NCBI GenBank assembly: GCA_045863855.1
Contig: BTVV01000090.1
Span: forward strand, 1-25,215
Origin: Planctomycetota bacterium
Lineage (GTDB): Bacteria > Planctomycetota > SZUA-567 > H5-PLA8
Length of the DNA: 25,215 nucleotides
Direction of reading: 5' to 3'
Below the pieces are notes generated by a model. The model was not told the DNA's origin and did no database searches. It was given only the letters and a program-made list of their open reading frames with translations. Below are positions 7,396 to 16,174 of the stretch, one piece after another; position 1 is the stretch's first letter, and each line of letters starts with the position of its first letter. The position numbers were made by a program, and so were the translations under genes.

Positions 7396-8949
7396 TTACC
7401 CGCCGGGGCCTTGCCCTGCTGCCAGCCAGACCCAATCGCGTTTATCGGGCGCTTCAAGCGTGTATTCCGATCCGGAAACTACTCCCGCACTAAAAGTCCG
7501 GCCTTCGCTGGGATCGAACCACGACGCCACACTGGGGCGATTCAGTCCGTCGGTGCGCAAGAGCAAGCTTCCACCCTTGGGCAAGTAGGCCACCGCCACG
7601 CGGCCGTTATCGGCCAATGCAACCGCCACGTGCGCGTCTGGATGCTCCAATCCAGGCTGTCGCATCAGCATCTGTGGCGCCGGTCGCAGACGCCACCACG
7701 GGAGCCGCTCGAAGAACTGGCGCAGCAGAATCATGCACCGGCTGCCCGGAGCATCCAGCATCGTATGCCAGGGAGCAACCTTGCCGCATTCGGCGTGCCC
7801 TACAATTGCCTCGGATTGCACACCCCAGTTCCAGATTTCGTTGCAGCCGTAGCTGATTCCGGCTGTCGGCGCCAACAGACAACTCCACCATCCGGCGCGG
7901 CGGACTTCGTAGTCCGTCAACTTCCGCTTTGAATGGTAGGAAATAAAACCTTCGTAGTTCGGTTCCAGGTTCAAGATCGGACGCTTACGCGCTTCCAGGC
8001 CCGCCAGCGCCGGGGGTCCGCCCACCAGCCAGCGCAGATGTTCCTCGGAATCGCCGTGCCCGCTCTGATAGCCGATGAAGTCGTACCAGCCTTCGTTCGC
8101 AAAATCGGTTGCGGGCCAGGAGATTCCGCACGGATGCAGCGTTACCAATTTGGCCGACCGCTCGTGGCGCGCTCCGAAAAGTTCGCGCCCCCAATGCTTC
8201 CATTTGTCGAGCCCGATTTTCCGGTAATTCGCGTCGCCACCCAGAAACCAGACGCCCTGGTACGCGCCGTAGCGCGCTTGGATATACCGTGCCAACGCCA
8301 ATCCGTCGGTATCGCTCAACCGATAGCCCGGATCGGAAGGCATGAGCCCCCACAACATGACCGTCGCCGCATACAGTCCGTGGGCATTGATGGCCGCCAC
8401 TTTGGCGTCAAGCCGCTCGAAGAAGGAAGGGTTTACCCGGAACGGTGGCCCGTCCACGAAGGCCGTTTCGCCCGCTTCGTCCCGCTCAAGTCCACGCCAC
8501 GGCGTCACCACGAACTGAATGACGTTGAAACCCTGCTCACGCCGGGCCTCCAGGTACCGGTCCCAGTCGGCCGCAGCAGCGCGCAGGACGCCATTCCAGG
8601 CGGTGTCGGCCAGCCAGAAGAAAGGTTGCCCGTCGGCGGTTGCCAAGCGCAAGCGATCCGCGGCCAGCACCAGCGCACCGCGCCGATACACTGGGTTCTC
8701 GCCCGAATAGGTCTGCACCAGGAAAGATTCGGCGCGGCCATCGATCTCGTATCGCCAGGTCCCGATTTCATCGGGCGCAAAGCGTACTTTCCAGCTATCG
8801 CCGCCGGCCCAAAATGGAGTGACCTCATGCTCGCGGCCGGAAGGCGCGATAAAGCGCAGCGGCGGCAGCGTACTCACCTCGCCGGATCGGTCGGCGCCCG
8901 AACGCGGCCAGCGTGCCTCGAAAACCATTCCGCAGGCGACTTCGGTCAT
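7396..8949 (-). CDS. DUF5060/DUF4038 apiosidase-like (GH140-like) glycoside hydrolase with C-terminal collagen-binding-like domain
   Basis: PFW.GG..WKVRFAP...G.WRY, DGQPFFWLADTAW, QGFNVIQF, WFLGGD, TLHP, YQSGH, LEPNYE, YGCNEIW, SWFDPSEG, DWV. Start reassigned to the ATG at 8949 (GGAGCAGG RBS). Confidence 0.85.
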   Translation of the reverse strand: MTEVACGMVFEARWPRSGADRSGEVSTLPPLRFIAPSGREHEVTPFWAGGDSWKVRFAPDEIGTWRYEIDGRAESFLVQTYSGENPVYRRGALVLAADRLRLATADGQPFFWLADTAWNGVLRAAAADWDRYLEARREQGFNVIQFVVTPWRGLERDEAGETAFVDGPPFRVNPSFFERLDAKVAAINAHGLYAATVMLWGLMPSDPGYRLSDTDGLALARYIQARYGAYQGVWFLGGDANYRKIGLDKWKHWGRELFGARHERSAKLVTLHPCGISWPATDFANEGWYDFIGYQSGHGDSEEHLRWLVGGPPALAGLEARKRPILNLEPNYEGFISYHSKRKLTDYEVRRAGWWSCLLAPTAGISYGCNEIWNWGVQSEAIVGHAECGKVAPWHTMLDAPGSRCMILLRQFFERLPWWRLRPAPQMLMRQPGLEHPDAHVAVALADNGRVAVAYLPKGGSLLLRTDGLNRPSVASWFDPSEGRTFSAGVVSGSEYTLEAPDKRDWVWLAAGQGPGG

Positions 8950-8966
8950 GGACCTGCTCCGGAGTC

Positions 8967-9638
8967 TTACCCGTGGCCAGGCGAATAGTGTCGCCCCGGC
9001 TTCAATAGGTAGGCATCGTACGGCACGCCGCACAGAGTCAGCGTACGCTTTCGAAAATGATGCTGCTTGTTCTTCAAGGCATCTCGCGCGGCTCCGCTGA
9101 GCCAGATCTCGCCGGTACCCGCCACGTCCTCGCCCAGCTTGGATGCGATGTTGAACTCGCTGCCCCACATGTCATGCGCCAGAACAAGGATCGGGCCGTA
9201 GCCGATGCCCATGCAGGCGTAAATGTCGAAGTCGTCGTCGGTATCGAAGTTCGCTTCTTCCACAACCTCGCGCACGGACAAAGCGGCCGCGACCGCGTCG
9301 TCCACGTTCGGGAAATGCGCAAACAGGTTGTCCGCATCGAGCTTCACCAAGGTGCCTTTGTGGCGTTTGACCGCCGGCACGCAAAGTTCCCGCATGCGGC
9401 AGATCAGCGAAAGGTAATGAATGATGCCGTGCTGCAACGTGATGCGGGTGAAGCCCGCCATGTCGAGGACCATCACCGCAACCGTACGCTCGAAGACTTG
9501 CCGGATCCGCGCATCCACTTCGCGCACGCGCTGGCTGGCCTCGCCGGTGCCGATCTGAGCTTGGCGGTAGCGCTCTCGGACCAAAACCTCCAGATCCTGG
9601 GCTGTATGCCGCTTAGGAGCTTTCTTGGATTTAGCCAT
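8967..9638 (-). CDS. Stand-alone class III adenylate/guanylate cyclase domain protein
   Basis: VMVLDMAGFT (D59), LVKLDADN (K99, D103), MGIGYG, HDMWGSEFNIASKL (D156, N163, K167), GEIWLS. Confidence 0.88.
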   Translation of the reverse strand: MAKSKKAPKRHTAQDLEVLVRERYRQAQIGTGEASQRVREVDARIRQVFERTVAVMVLDMAGFTRITLQHGIIHYLSLICRMRELCVPAVKRHKGTLVKLDADNLFAHFPNVDDAVAAALSVREVVEEANFDTDDDFDIYACMGIGYGPILVLAHDMWGSEFNIASKLGEDVAGTGEIWLSGAARDALKNKQHHFRKRTLTLCGVPYDAYLLKPGRHYSPGHG

Positions 9639-9727
9639 CCCCGTACCTTCGCCGTCCGGCGTGGACTGTCAAGCGCTCGGATGAGGCGCTAGAATGAGCC
9701 TATTGCCATCGATCGGAGTGTGCACTT

Positions 9728-11080
9728 ATGCCCGCCACGCCCATCCAACGCTCCAAAAATCTGCCCGATGCCTACGCACGATTCGGAGCAGAAATCGCGG
9801 CCTGGACGCGCGATGCGATCGCCGAGTTCGGCGGCCAGGAACCCACCGACGTTCACGACCAAGCCACGTACACCACGTCGTGGGCGCCGTATGCGTTAGC
9901 CACCGGCGATGCGGACGTGCGCCGCTTCATGCTGGACCTGCGTGACCGGATCGCGCTTCATTTCGAGTCCAACGGCTTATGGCGGCACGGCTATTGGCGG
10001 ATGCAGGAAGCGCACCACGGCACGGAGCACTTCGAACTGTTCCTTGGCGCATTGAGTGACCTGGCACCCGGCGATACCGCCACGGCGAAGCAGTTCGACG
10101 ACGCGGCCGAACATCTGGGCAACTGGTCCAACGAGGTGCCGGATTGGTACGACTGGGATCGGCATCTGTATCGCAGCATGTGGTTTGGAACGGACGGGTT
10201 GAAGCATGAAGATCGCGCGGCGCTGAACGTGCCCGATCACCTGCGCTGCGTGAACATCGCGCTGCTGGCCTTACGCGCCACATCCAATGATCGCTACCTT
10301 CAATTGAGCGTAGCTTATGCCGGGCGTTGGGCGGACGCGATTCTGGCGCGCCCCGAATTGCCCGTGGGCCTGGATGCGGACGGTGGGGTCTATGCGCTCG
10401 AAGGAGATGCGCGCGAGTCCTACCGGAAGGTGGCCGGTATGGCTTTCTCGTCGGAGGGAAAGGGCTTGGCCAGCGAACTGGATCGCGCCGAGAACTTTCT
10501 GGCAAGCGGCGTAATCAAGACGTTCCTTGAACTGTTCGAGCGCACCCAACAGGAGCGATTCCTGCGCGCAGCCGAACGCCTACTCGACGAACTTGCAACG
10601 CAGGTAAGCGATCCCGACGCCGGCGCGGCTTTGGCCGACCTGCGGCGCTACCGGCGCGTGACCGGCCGCACGAGGTACGATGCAGCGTTGCGTTCGGCCG
10701 CCGCCGCGTTGGACCCGGCCTCGATCCAAGAACTGCAGCTCGTGACCCCTCCCAAGGTGGACACGCGGCCCGCGGGGGTCGGCAAGCGTGCCGATATGCC
10801 GCGGTGGCTGGAAGACGGCCGCCCTCGCAGGCATGCGCCCGTGCTTCTGGGTCTGGTCGCCGAAATGGACGGGAATGAACAGTGGGCTCGCGAGGCTCTG
10901 GACTTGGGACGCGCCTACTTGAACCTCGCCCGCCAACATTTCCCACATGGAAGACATCACGGCTGCGCGGCACGCACGATAAGCGCCGTTGCGCGCGGGC
11001 ACGGCCGGGACAACCATGCCGGCGTCATCACCGAGGTTTACGCGCCGCTGGGCAACAGCTTTAGGCTGACGGATCGCTGA
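9728..11080 (+). CDS. Uncharacterised His-rich protein, probable (alpha/alpha)6 toroid (six-hairpin glycosidase/epimerase-like fold)
   Basis: 450-aa ORF with GGAG RBS. Repeated helix-turn motifs LATGDADV, RATSNDRYL, ERTQQERFL, RVTGRTRY, MDGNEQW; His clusters EAHHGTEH, PDH, HGRHHGC, GHGRDNH. Confidence 0.6.
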   Translation: MPATPIQRSKNLPDAYARFGAEIAAWTRDAIAEFGGQEPTDVHDQATYTTSWAPYALATGDADVRRFMLDLRDRIALHFESNGLWRHGYWRMQEAHHGTEHFELFLGALSDLAPGDTATAKQFDDAAEHLGNWSNEVPDWYDWDRHLYRSMWFGTDGLKHEDRAALNVPDHLRCVNIALLALRATSNDRYLQLSVAYAGRWADAILARPELPVGLDADGGVYALEGDARESYRKVAGMAFSSEGKGLASELDRAENFLASGVIKTFLELFERTQQERFLRAAERLLDELATQVSDPDAGAALADLRRYRRVTGRTRYDAALRSAAAALDPASIQELQLVTPPKVDTRPAGVGKRADMPRWLEDGRPRRHAPVLLGLVAEMDGNEQWAREALDLGRAYLNLARQHFPHGRHHGCAARTISAVARGHGRDNHAGVITEVYAPLGNSFRLTDR

Positions 11081-11199
11081 ATGTTCGAACTCGTGGCACC
11101 AAGCTGCAACCGGCCGAGCAACAATCGCCCCATCGGCTAGGATTTCGTGCGGCCGAGTGCGCTGAAGCGCTCCCCTTGATCGTCGCAAGGAGGTATTCG

Positions 11200-12624
11200 T
11201 TGAATAAGAGCGGGCTCTTCATTGCCGGTTCCTGGCAAGAGGGCGGCGAGGCGCTGGACGTGCGCAACAAGTTCAGCGGTGCGCTGCTCGCGCAGGTTGG
11301 GATGGCTACCAAGGAAGATGTGGCGCGCGCCGTCCGAGATGCCGCGACGTTTGCCCCGGTGCTGGCAGATACGCCGCTGCATCGCCGTGCCGGATGGCTG
11401 CGCAAGACCTCTGAACTGCTGATTGCGCACAAGGAAATCCTCGCGCGCACGATTGCCGGCGAAGCGGGCAAAGCGTTGAAGTACAGCCTGCTGGAAGTGG
11501 ATCGCGCCGCGTCCACCTTCGACTTGGCCGCCGACGAAGCGCGGCGCATTCACGGCGAGACCGTCCCGCTCGATGCAGTGGCATCGGGCGAAGGGTATTT
11601 CGGCTTTTGGGTGCGCCGCCCGCTGGGCGTCGTGGCCGCGATCACTCCGTTTAACTTCCCGCTTAATCTCGTCGCGCACAAGATCGCGCCGGCACTCGCC
11701 GCCGGTAACCCGATCGTCCTCAAGCCGGCCGAGCAGACGCCGCTTACCGCCATAAAACTCTTCGAAATCCTGCTCGAAGCCGGTGTCCCCGAACGCGCCA
11801 TTCAACTCGTACAAGGATTGGGTGAAGTCGCCGGCGAAGCGCTGGTGAGCGATCCGCGCGTGGCGAAAATCAGCTTCACCGGAAGCCGCGCCGTGGGCGA
11901 CCGCATCACGCGCGCCGCCGGCATCAAGAAGGTTACATTGGAACTTGGCAACGCCTCGCCCGTGATTATTGCGCCGGACGCCGATCTCGATTATGTCGCG
12001 AAGCGCTGCGCGGTGGGTGCGTTTTACAACTCGGGCCAAGTTTGCGTGAGCGTGCAGCGCATCTACGCGGACCGCAAAGTCAGCGAAGAATTCAACGCGC
12101 GTTTTGTCGATGCCGCCGAGGCCCTAAAAGTAGGCGATCCGCTCAAGCCGGATACCGATGTGGGCCCCATGATCGAGCCCTCGGCCTGCGTCCGGGTAGG
12201 AGCGTGGGTCGATGAGGCGCGCAATGCGGGCGCCCGTGTGCTTACGGGCGGCAAGCGAGAAGGCAACGTCTATTACCCGACGATCCTGGCCGGCGTGAAG
12301 CCCGAAATGAAAGTGATGACGCAGGAAGTCTTCGGGCCCGTAGCCGGAGTGCAAACGTGCGACAGCTTTGCGGAAGCCTTGGCCGCCGCTAACGCCACCG
12401 ATTACGGACTGCAGGCGGCGGTGTTCACGCAGGATATCGACCGCGTGCTGCGCGCCGTAAAGTCGCTCGATTTCGGCGGCGTCATCGTGAACGATTTCCC
12501 CGGATTCCGCGCCGACCACATGCCCTACGGAGGCAACAAGCAATCCGGCTTGGGCCGCGAAGGGCTGCGCTTTGCGATCGAAGACATGACCAACATCCAG
12601 ATGGTGGTGATCAAACAACGCTAG
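11200..12624 (+). CDS. NAD(P)-dependent aldehyde dehydrogenase
   Basis: ITPFNFPLNL, KPAEQTP, SFTGS, TLELG (catalytic Glu), GQVCVS (catalytic Cys), EVFGP, MPYGGNKQSGLGREG. TTG start at 11200 after AAGGAGGT. Confidence 0.95.
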   Translation: MNKSGLFIAGSWQEGGEALDVRNKFSGALLAQVGMATKEDVARAVRDAATFAPVLADTPLHRRAGWLRKTSELLIAHKEILARTIAGEAGKALKYSLLEVDRAASTFDLAADEARRIHGETVPLDAVASGEGYFGFWVRRPLGVVAAITPFNFPLNLVAHKIAPALAAGNPIVLKPAEQTPLTAIKLFEILLEAGVPERAIQLVQGLGEVAGEALVSDPRVAKISFTGSRAVGDRITRAAGIKKVTLELGNASPVIIAPDADLDYVAKRCAVGAFYNSGQVCVSVQRIYADRKVSEEFNARFVDAAEALKVGDPLKPDTDVGPMIEPSACVRVGAWVDEARNAGARVLTGGKREGNVYYPTILAGVKPEMKVMTQEVFGPVAGVQTCDSFAEALAAANATDYGLQAAVFTQDIDRVLRAVKSLDFGGVIVNDFPGFRADHMPYGGNKQSGLGREGLRFAIEDMTNIQMVVIKQR

Positions 12625-12634
12625 GAAAGTCCGC

Positions 12635-13765
12635 ATGCGAACCGTATCCGCCGTGTTGTACGAAATGGAGCGCCCCGCGCCGTACGCTCAGTCTCAGCCG
12701 CTGAAGATCGAGGAACTCGAACTTGAGGGCCCCGGTCCGGGCGAAGTGCTCGTCGAAATTGCCGGAGCCGGCCTGTGTCACAGCGACCTCTCCGTCATCA
12801 GCGGCGCACGGCCGCGGCCCATGCCGATGGTGCTGGGCCACGAAGCCAGCGGCATCGTGCGCGAGACCGGCTCGGGCGTTAACGAATTGACCGTCGGAGA
12901 CCATGTGGTTTTCAGCTACGTCCCCATCTGCGGGCGCTGCAGCTTCTGCATGACGGGGCGCGCGAGTCTGTGCGAACGCGGTGCGGCGGCCAACGGAAAA
13001 GGCAGCCTGCTCTCCGGCGCTCGGCGCTTCCGCACCACCGCAGGACGCGAACTGAACCACCATCTCGGCGTCAGCGCTTTCAGCAGGTACACCGTCGCAG
13101 CCCAGGAATCGCTGGTCAAGCTGGACCCCTCCTTTCCGCTGGCTCAAGCGGCGCTATTCGGGTGCGCTGTGATGACCGGGGTCGGGGCCGTGATCAATAC
13201 CGCGGGCGTCAAAGCCGGAGAAAGCGTGGCTGTCTTCGGATTGGGCGGCGTAGGTTTGAGTGCGATCATGGGCGCCAAACTGGCTGGCGCTTACCCAGTC
13301 ATCGGCATCGATTTGCTGGAGGACAAACTGGCGCTCGCCCGGCAAGTCGGCGCTACGCATGCCTTGAACGCCAAGGGGGAGCGCCTCGTCGAAGAAATCC
13401 AGACGCTGACCGGCGGCGGCGCGCACCACGCCTTCGATGCGGTCGGCCACGAGAAAGTGCTCGCGCAGGCGTATGCGGCCACGCGGCGCGGCGGCACTAC
13501 CGTAGCCATTGGGCTACCCCACCCCGGCCGGCGGTTCGAGCTTTCGCCCGTCTCGCTGATCGCCGAAGAACGAACGCTCAAGGGCAGCTATATGGGATCC
13601 TGTGTCCCGCGCCGGGATATTCCGCGTTACATCGATCTGCACCGCCAAGGCGCTCTGCCCGTCGATAGGCTCTTCAGCCAAACGATCAAGCTGGAAGAGA
13701 TCAATTCGGCTTTCGATGTGCTCGATCGTGGCGCTACGGTGAGGCAGGTCGTTACTTTCGAATAG
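12635..13765 (+). CDS. Zinc-dependent alcohol dehydrogenase (MDR family)
   Basis: GLCHSD, LGHEASG, structural Zn C-x2-C-x2-C-x7-C (CGRCSFC...LC), FGCAV, GLGGVG; starts 10 bp after the ALDH stop. Confidence 0.95.
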   Translation: MRTVSAVLYEMERPAPYAQSQPLKIEELELEGPGPGEVLVEIAGAGLCHSDLSVISGARPRPMPMVLGHEASGIVRETGSGVNELTVGDHVVFSYVPICGRCSFCMTGRASLCERGAAANGKGSLLSGARRFRTTAGRELNHHLGVSAFSRYTVAAQESLVKLDPSFPLAQAALFGCAVMTGVGAVINTAGVKAGESVAVFGLGGVGLSAIMGAKLAGAYPVIGIDLLEDKLALARQVGATHALNAKGERLVEEIQTLTGGGAHHAFDAVGHEKVLAQAYAATRRGGTTVAIGLPHPGRRFELSPVSLIAEERTLKGSYMGSCVPRRDIPRYIDLHRQGALPVDRLFSQTIKLEEINSAFDVLDRGATVRQVVTFE

Positions 13766-13776
13766 TCGCTACAAGC

Positions 13777-13810
13777 AAAACGGCGGCTGCCCGATCTCGG
13801 ACAGCCGCCG
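13777..13810 (-). terminator. Intrinsic terminator between convergent genes (possibly bidirectional)
   Basis: Minus strand 13-bp stem CGGCGGCTGTCCG-AGAT-CGGGCAGCCGCCG (one G-U pair) followed by TTTTGCTT. Confidence 0.8.
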
Positions 13811-13842
13811 TGATTGATTCCGGCCGAACGCAATCGTTCAGC

Positions 13843-14898
13843 CTATTTGATCTTCACTTCCTTGCCTTGTTTCGCGGAAGCGTAGATGCCGTCAAGCATC
13901 TGCTGAACCATCAGACCGTGCTCAGCCGGAGCTTCGGTCTTGCACTTGCCTTGGCACACATCGACGAAATGGCGCATTTTGTGAACGAATCCATCCTGCT
14001 TCGCCACAAACGCCGGCGTACTGTTCACCATCATGCCCGCGTGATCGTGATAGAGCGACGTGGTGCTCCACTGCGCACCGCCCTTTTCGCCGAATATAGT
14101 GAAGTCCATTCCTTCCTGGTCGGTATGGGCGACGAAGGCGCTCTCGAGATGAAAGACCGGGCCGTTCTTCGTGCGTATCGTACCCACCGCCAAGTCCTCA
14201 ACCGTGTAGGTCTTCCAATCCCAATTCGGCCACGAGCACGCCGTGTTGCTGGGCTTATTGCCCAGATAAGTCCAGGTAAAACCCAGTGCGCTTAGCGGCT
14301 GCGGCGCGCCGACCGTGTAATGCGCCATCTCCAGCGCGTGCACTCCGATATCGATCAGGGGTCCGCCGCCTTGCAGATCCTTGCGGCCAAAGACACCCCA
14401 GTTCGGGATCCCGCGCCGCCGAATCGCCTTCACGCGCACGTACAGTACCTTACCGAAAAAACCCTCGTCGTACGCGCGGCGCAGCGCCTGAGTTTTACCA
14501 TCGAAGCGAAACTGGAACGCGATCACGAGCTGCTTTTTGTTCTTCTTCGCCGCGGCGAGCATCTTTCGGCCTTCGGCGGCGCTCATGGCCAGCGGCTTTT
14601 CGCACAGCACGTGACAGCCCGCGTTCAGCGCACCAATGGTCGGCTCGCAATGCAAGAAGTTCGGCGTGCAGACGCTCACCGCATCCAGTTCGCATTCCTT
14701 GAGCATCTGTTTCCAGTCGGTAAATACCTGGGGCACTTTGTACTTTTCCTGAAAGGCCTTCAAACCCTTCTCGGAAACGTCACTGGCCGCCACGATCTCC
14801 ACATCCGGCATGTTCTGGTAATTGTTGGCGTGCGTACCCGCGATGCCGCCGGCGCCCACGAATCCCACGCGCAGCCTTTTCCCCGAATCTTTGACCAT
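13843..14898 (-). CDS. Gfo/Idh/MocA family oxidoreductase
   Basis: LRVGFVGAGGIA, VCTPNFLH, LCEKPLA, RRRGIPNWG.F, GGGPLIDIGVH, VEDLA. Start at the ATG at 14898 after AGGAGG. Confidence 0.93.
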   Translation of the reverse strand: MVKDSGKRLRVGFVGAGGIAGTHANNYQNMPDVEIVAASDVSEKGLKAFQEKYKVPQVFTDWKQMLKECELDAVSVCTPNFLHCEPTIGALNAGCHVLCEKPLAMSAAEGRKMLAAAKKNKKQLVIAFQFRFDGKTQALRRAYDEGFFGKVLYVRVKAIRRRGIPNWGVFGRKDLQGGGPLIDIGVHALEMAHYTVGAPQPLSALGFTWTYLGNKPSNTACSWPNWDWKTYTVEDLAVGTIRTKNGPVFHLESAFVAHTDQEGMDFTIFGEKGGAQWSTTSLYHDHAGMMVNSTPAFVAKQDGFVHKMRHFVDVCQGKCKTEAPAEHGLMVQQMLDGIYASAKQGKEVKIK

Positions 14899-14975
14899 GA
14901 CCCTGCACTCCTCCTGGTTCGCGGCGGATTCCGCCGCCGAATGGACCCTGATGTAAAACGGGTAAAGAAGGGGCG

Positions 14976-15003
14976 AGCGTACCGCGTCTGGCCGTCTTGT
15001 CCA
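14976..15003 (-). promoter_or_regulatory. Candidate sigma70 promoter for the second Gfo/Idh/MocA gene
   Basis: Minus strand TGGACA, 16 nt spacer, TACGCT. Confidence 0.4.
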
Positions 15004-15016
15004 CTTGCGCAATGTC

Positions 15017-16174
15017 TCAGCCTTGCGGAAAGCGCTCGCCGTTCAAGAACGCTCGCAGCAACGCTTTCAAGCGGGATTCGTCGGCGCGTTGCCCGCACGC
15101 CCGCGCCGCGGCGATCCAAAGTTCACGCTCCTGCTTAAGCAACCGGCCGTCCAGCACGCAAGACAGTTCCATCGCACCAAGCACCGCAGCGCGTTCTTGG
15201 TCGCTCAAGGATGTCATGCGGTTCAGAAACGCCGGACGATTGCCCAGGTCGCCGGACGGCTTTCCCAGGTTCGCCTGAAGAAACTCGAAGAACGCAGCGA
15301 GATTGGGGTGCAAATCGCGCGTACAGATCGCCACGCACGCCACCGCGTCGAAGATCGCTTCGCGGCCCGTATCGGAAAGTTCAGGAACTTTCGCAAGCAG
15401 TTCTCGGCCGTACTCCTGAACCGCCGACGGACCCATCACCCGCACGCGTGCTTCGCGTACCACCCAGCGGCAGACCAGCATGTCCCACACGGCGGTAACG
15501 GGCACCGCCACCAACGGCACGTAGCCGCGCAAGGCCGCGCGCCCGAGCACTCTTCGCACCAAAGCTTTGACTAAAAAATTCGTCAGCCCGATTTTGATTT
15601 TGTAGAAGACCGAAGCCAGCACCAGCCTCCACCGCGGCGCTTCGCGCAGGGGATCGAAACCTGCGACCGCGTCCTTGGGATTAGGCAACTCCAGCGCCGC
15701 GCGAGCCAATGCGGCCGCCACCGCGCGGGCGCCTTCCTCCCGGCCTTGCTTCGGAAACAACTCCAGACCCGCCGCACGGCTCAAGGCATGCACCGCATTC
15801 AAGGACATCCAATATAGGTAGGCGATTTCCACCGCGGATACGATTACCGTCGCGGTGCCGATCCAGACCCAATAGCGCCAATCCAGGCCGCCGGATTCCG
15901 TCCGATACACCGGCGCCAGCCCGATCTCAAGTACCGCCGACCCGCAAGCGGAAAGCGCTCCAGCCGTCGCAGCTTTGAACAGAACTGCGCGTTCGATCCC
16001 GCGAAGCTCCGCGTGCTCGGCGCTGGTCAGGGTATGCACCGCATCCGAACTTTGAGCGACGGCATGAAGGCGCGAAAGCCGCGCAAAGTAGCGCAGGCCC
16101 AAGCGCTCCAGCAACGGACCGGACGCCAGAGCGTCCGGTCCGTGCGGACGGTCTTCCGGTGCGAGACGATTCAC
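15017..16174 (-). CDS. Uncharacterised membrane protein (resembles LBF_2804-type family; TerB-like motif at C-terminus)
   Basis: Hydrophobic segments, ARAALELPNP, YKIKIGLTNF, VAVPVTAVWD, C-terminal VLDGRLLKQERELW. Likely GTG start at 16174 overlaps the upstream TGA (GTGA). Confidence 0.6.
   Translation of the reverse strand: MNRLAPEDRPHGPDALASGPLLERLGLRYFARLSRLHAVAQSSDAVHTLTSAEHAELRGIERAVLFKAATAGALSACGSAVLEIGLAPVYRTESGGLDWRYWVWIGTATVIVSAVEIAYLYWMSLNAVHALSRAAGLELFPKQGREEGARAVAAALARAALELPNPKDAVAGFDPLREAPRWRLVLASVFYKIKIGLTNFLVKALVRRVLGRAALRGYVPLVAVPVTAVWDMLVCRWVVREARVRVMGPSAVQEYGRELLAKVPELSDTGREAIFDAVACVAICTRDLHPNLAAFFEFLQANLGKPSGDLGNRPAFLNRMTSLSDQERAAVLGAMELSCVLDGRLLKQERELWIAAARACGQRADESRLKALLRAFLNGERFPQG

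Noticed and set aside
8950..9168. N-terminal extension of the DUF4038 ORF given in the ORF track
   Set aside because: It overlaps the cyclase gene in another frame, and the ATG at 8949 has its own RBS.
8967..9638. Cyclase as a Pycsar/CBASS-type anti-phage system
   Set aside because: Specificity residues are the ATP-type Lys/Asp, and no adjacent cNMP-binding TM or TIR effector gene or defence-island context is present.
9667..9672. Minus-strand TTGACA upstream of the cyclase
   Set aside because: No acceptable -10 hexamer at 16-18 nt spacing.
11093..11108. Sigma54-like TGGCACCAAGCTGCA upstream of ALDH
   Set aside because: GG-to-GC spacing is 9 nt rather than the required 10.
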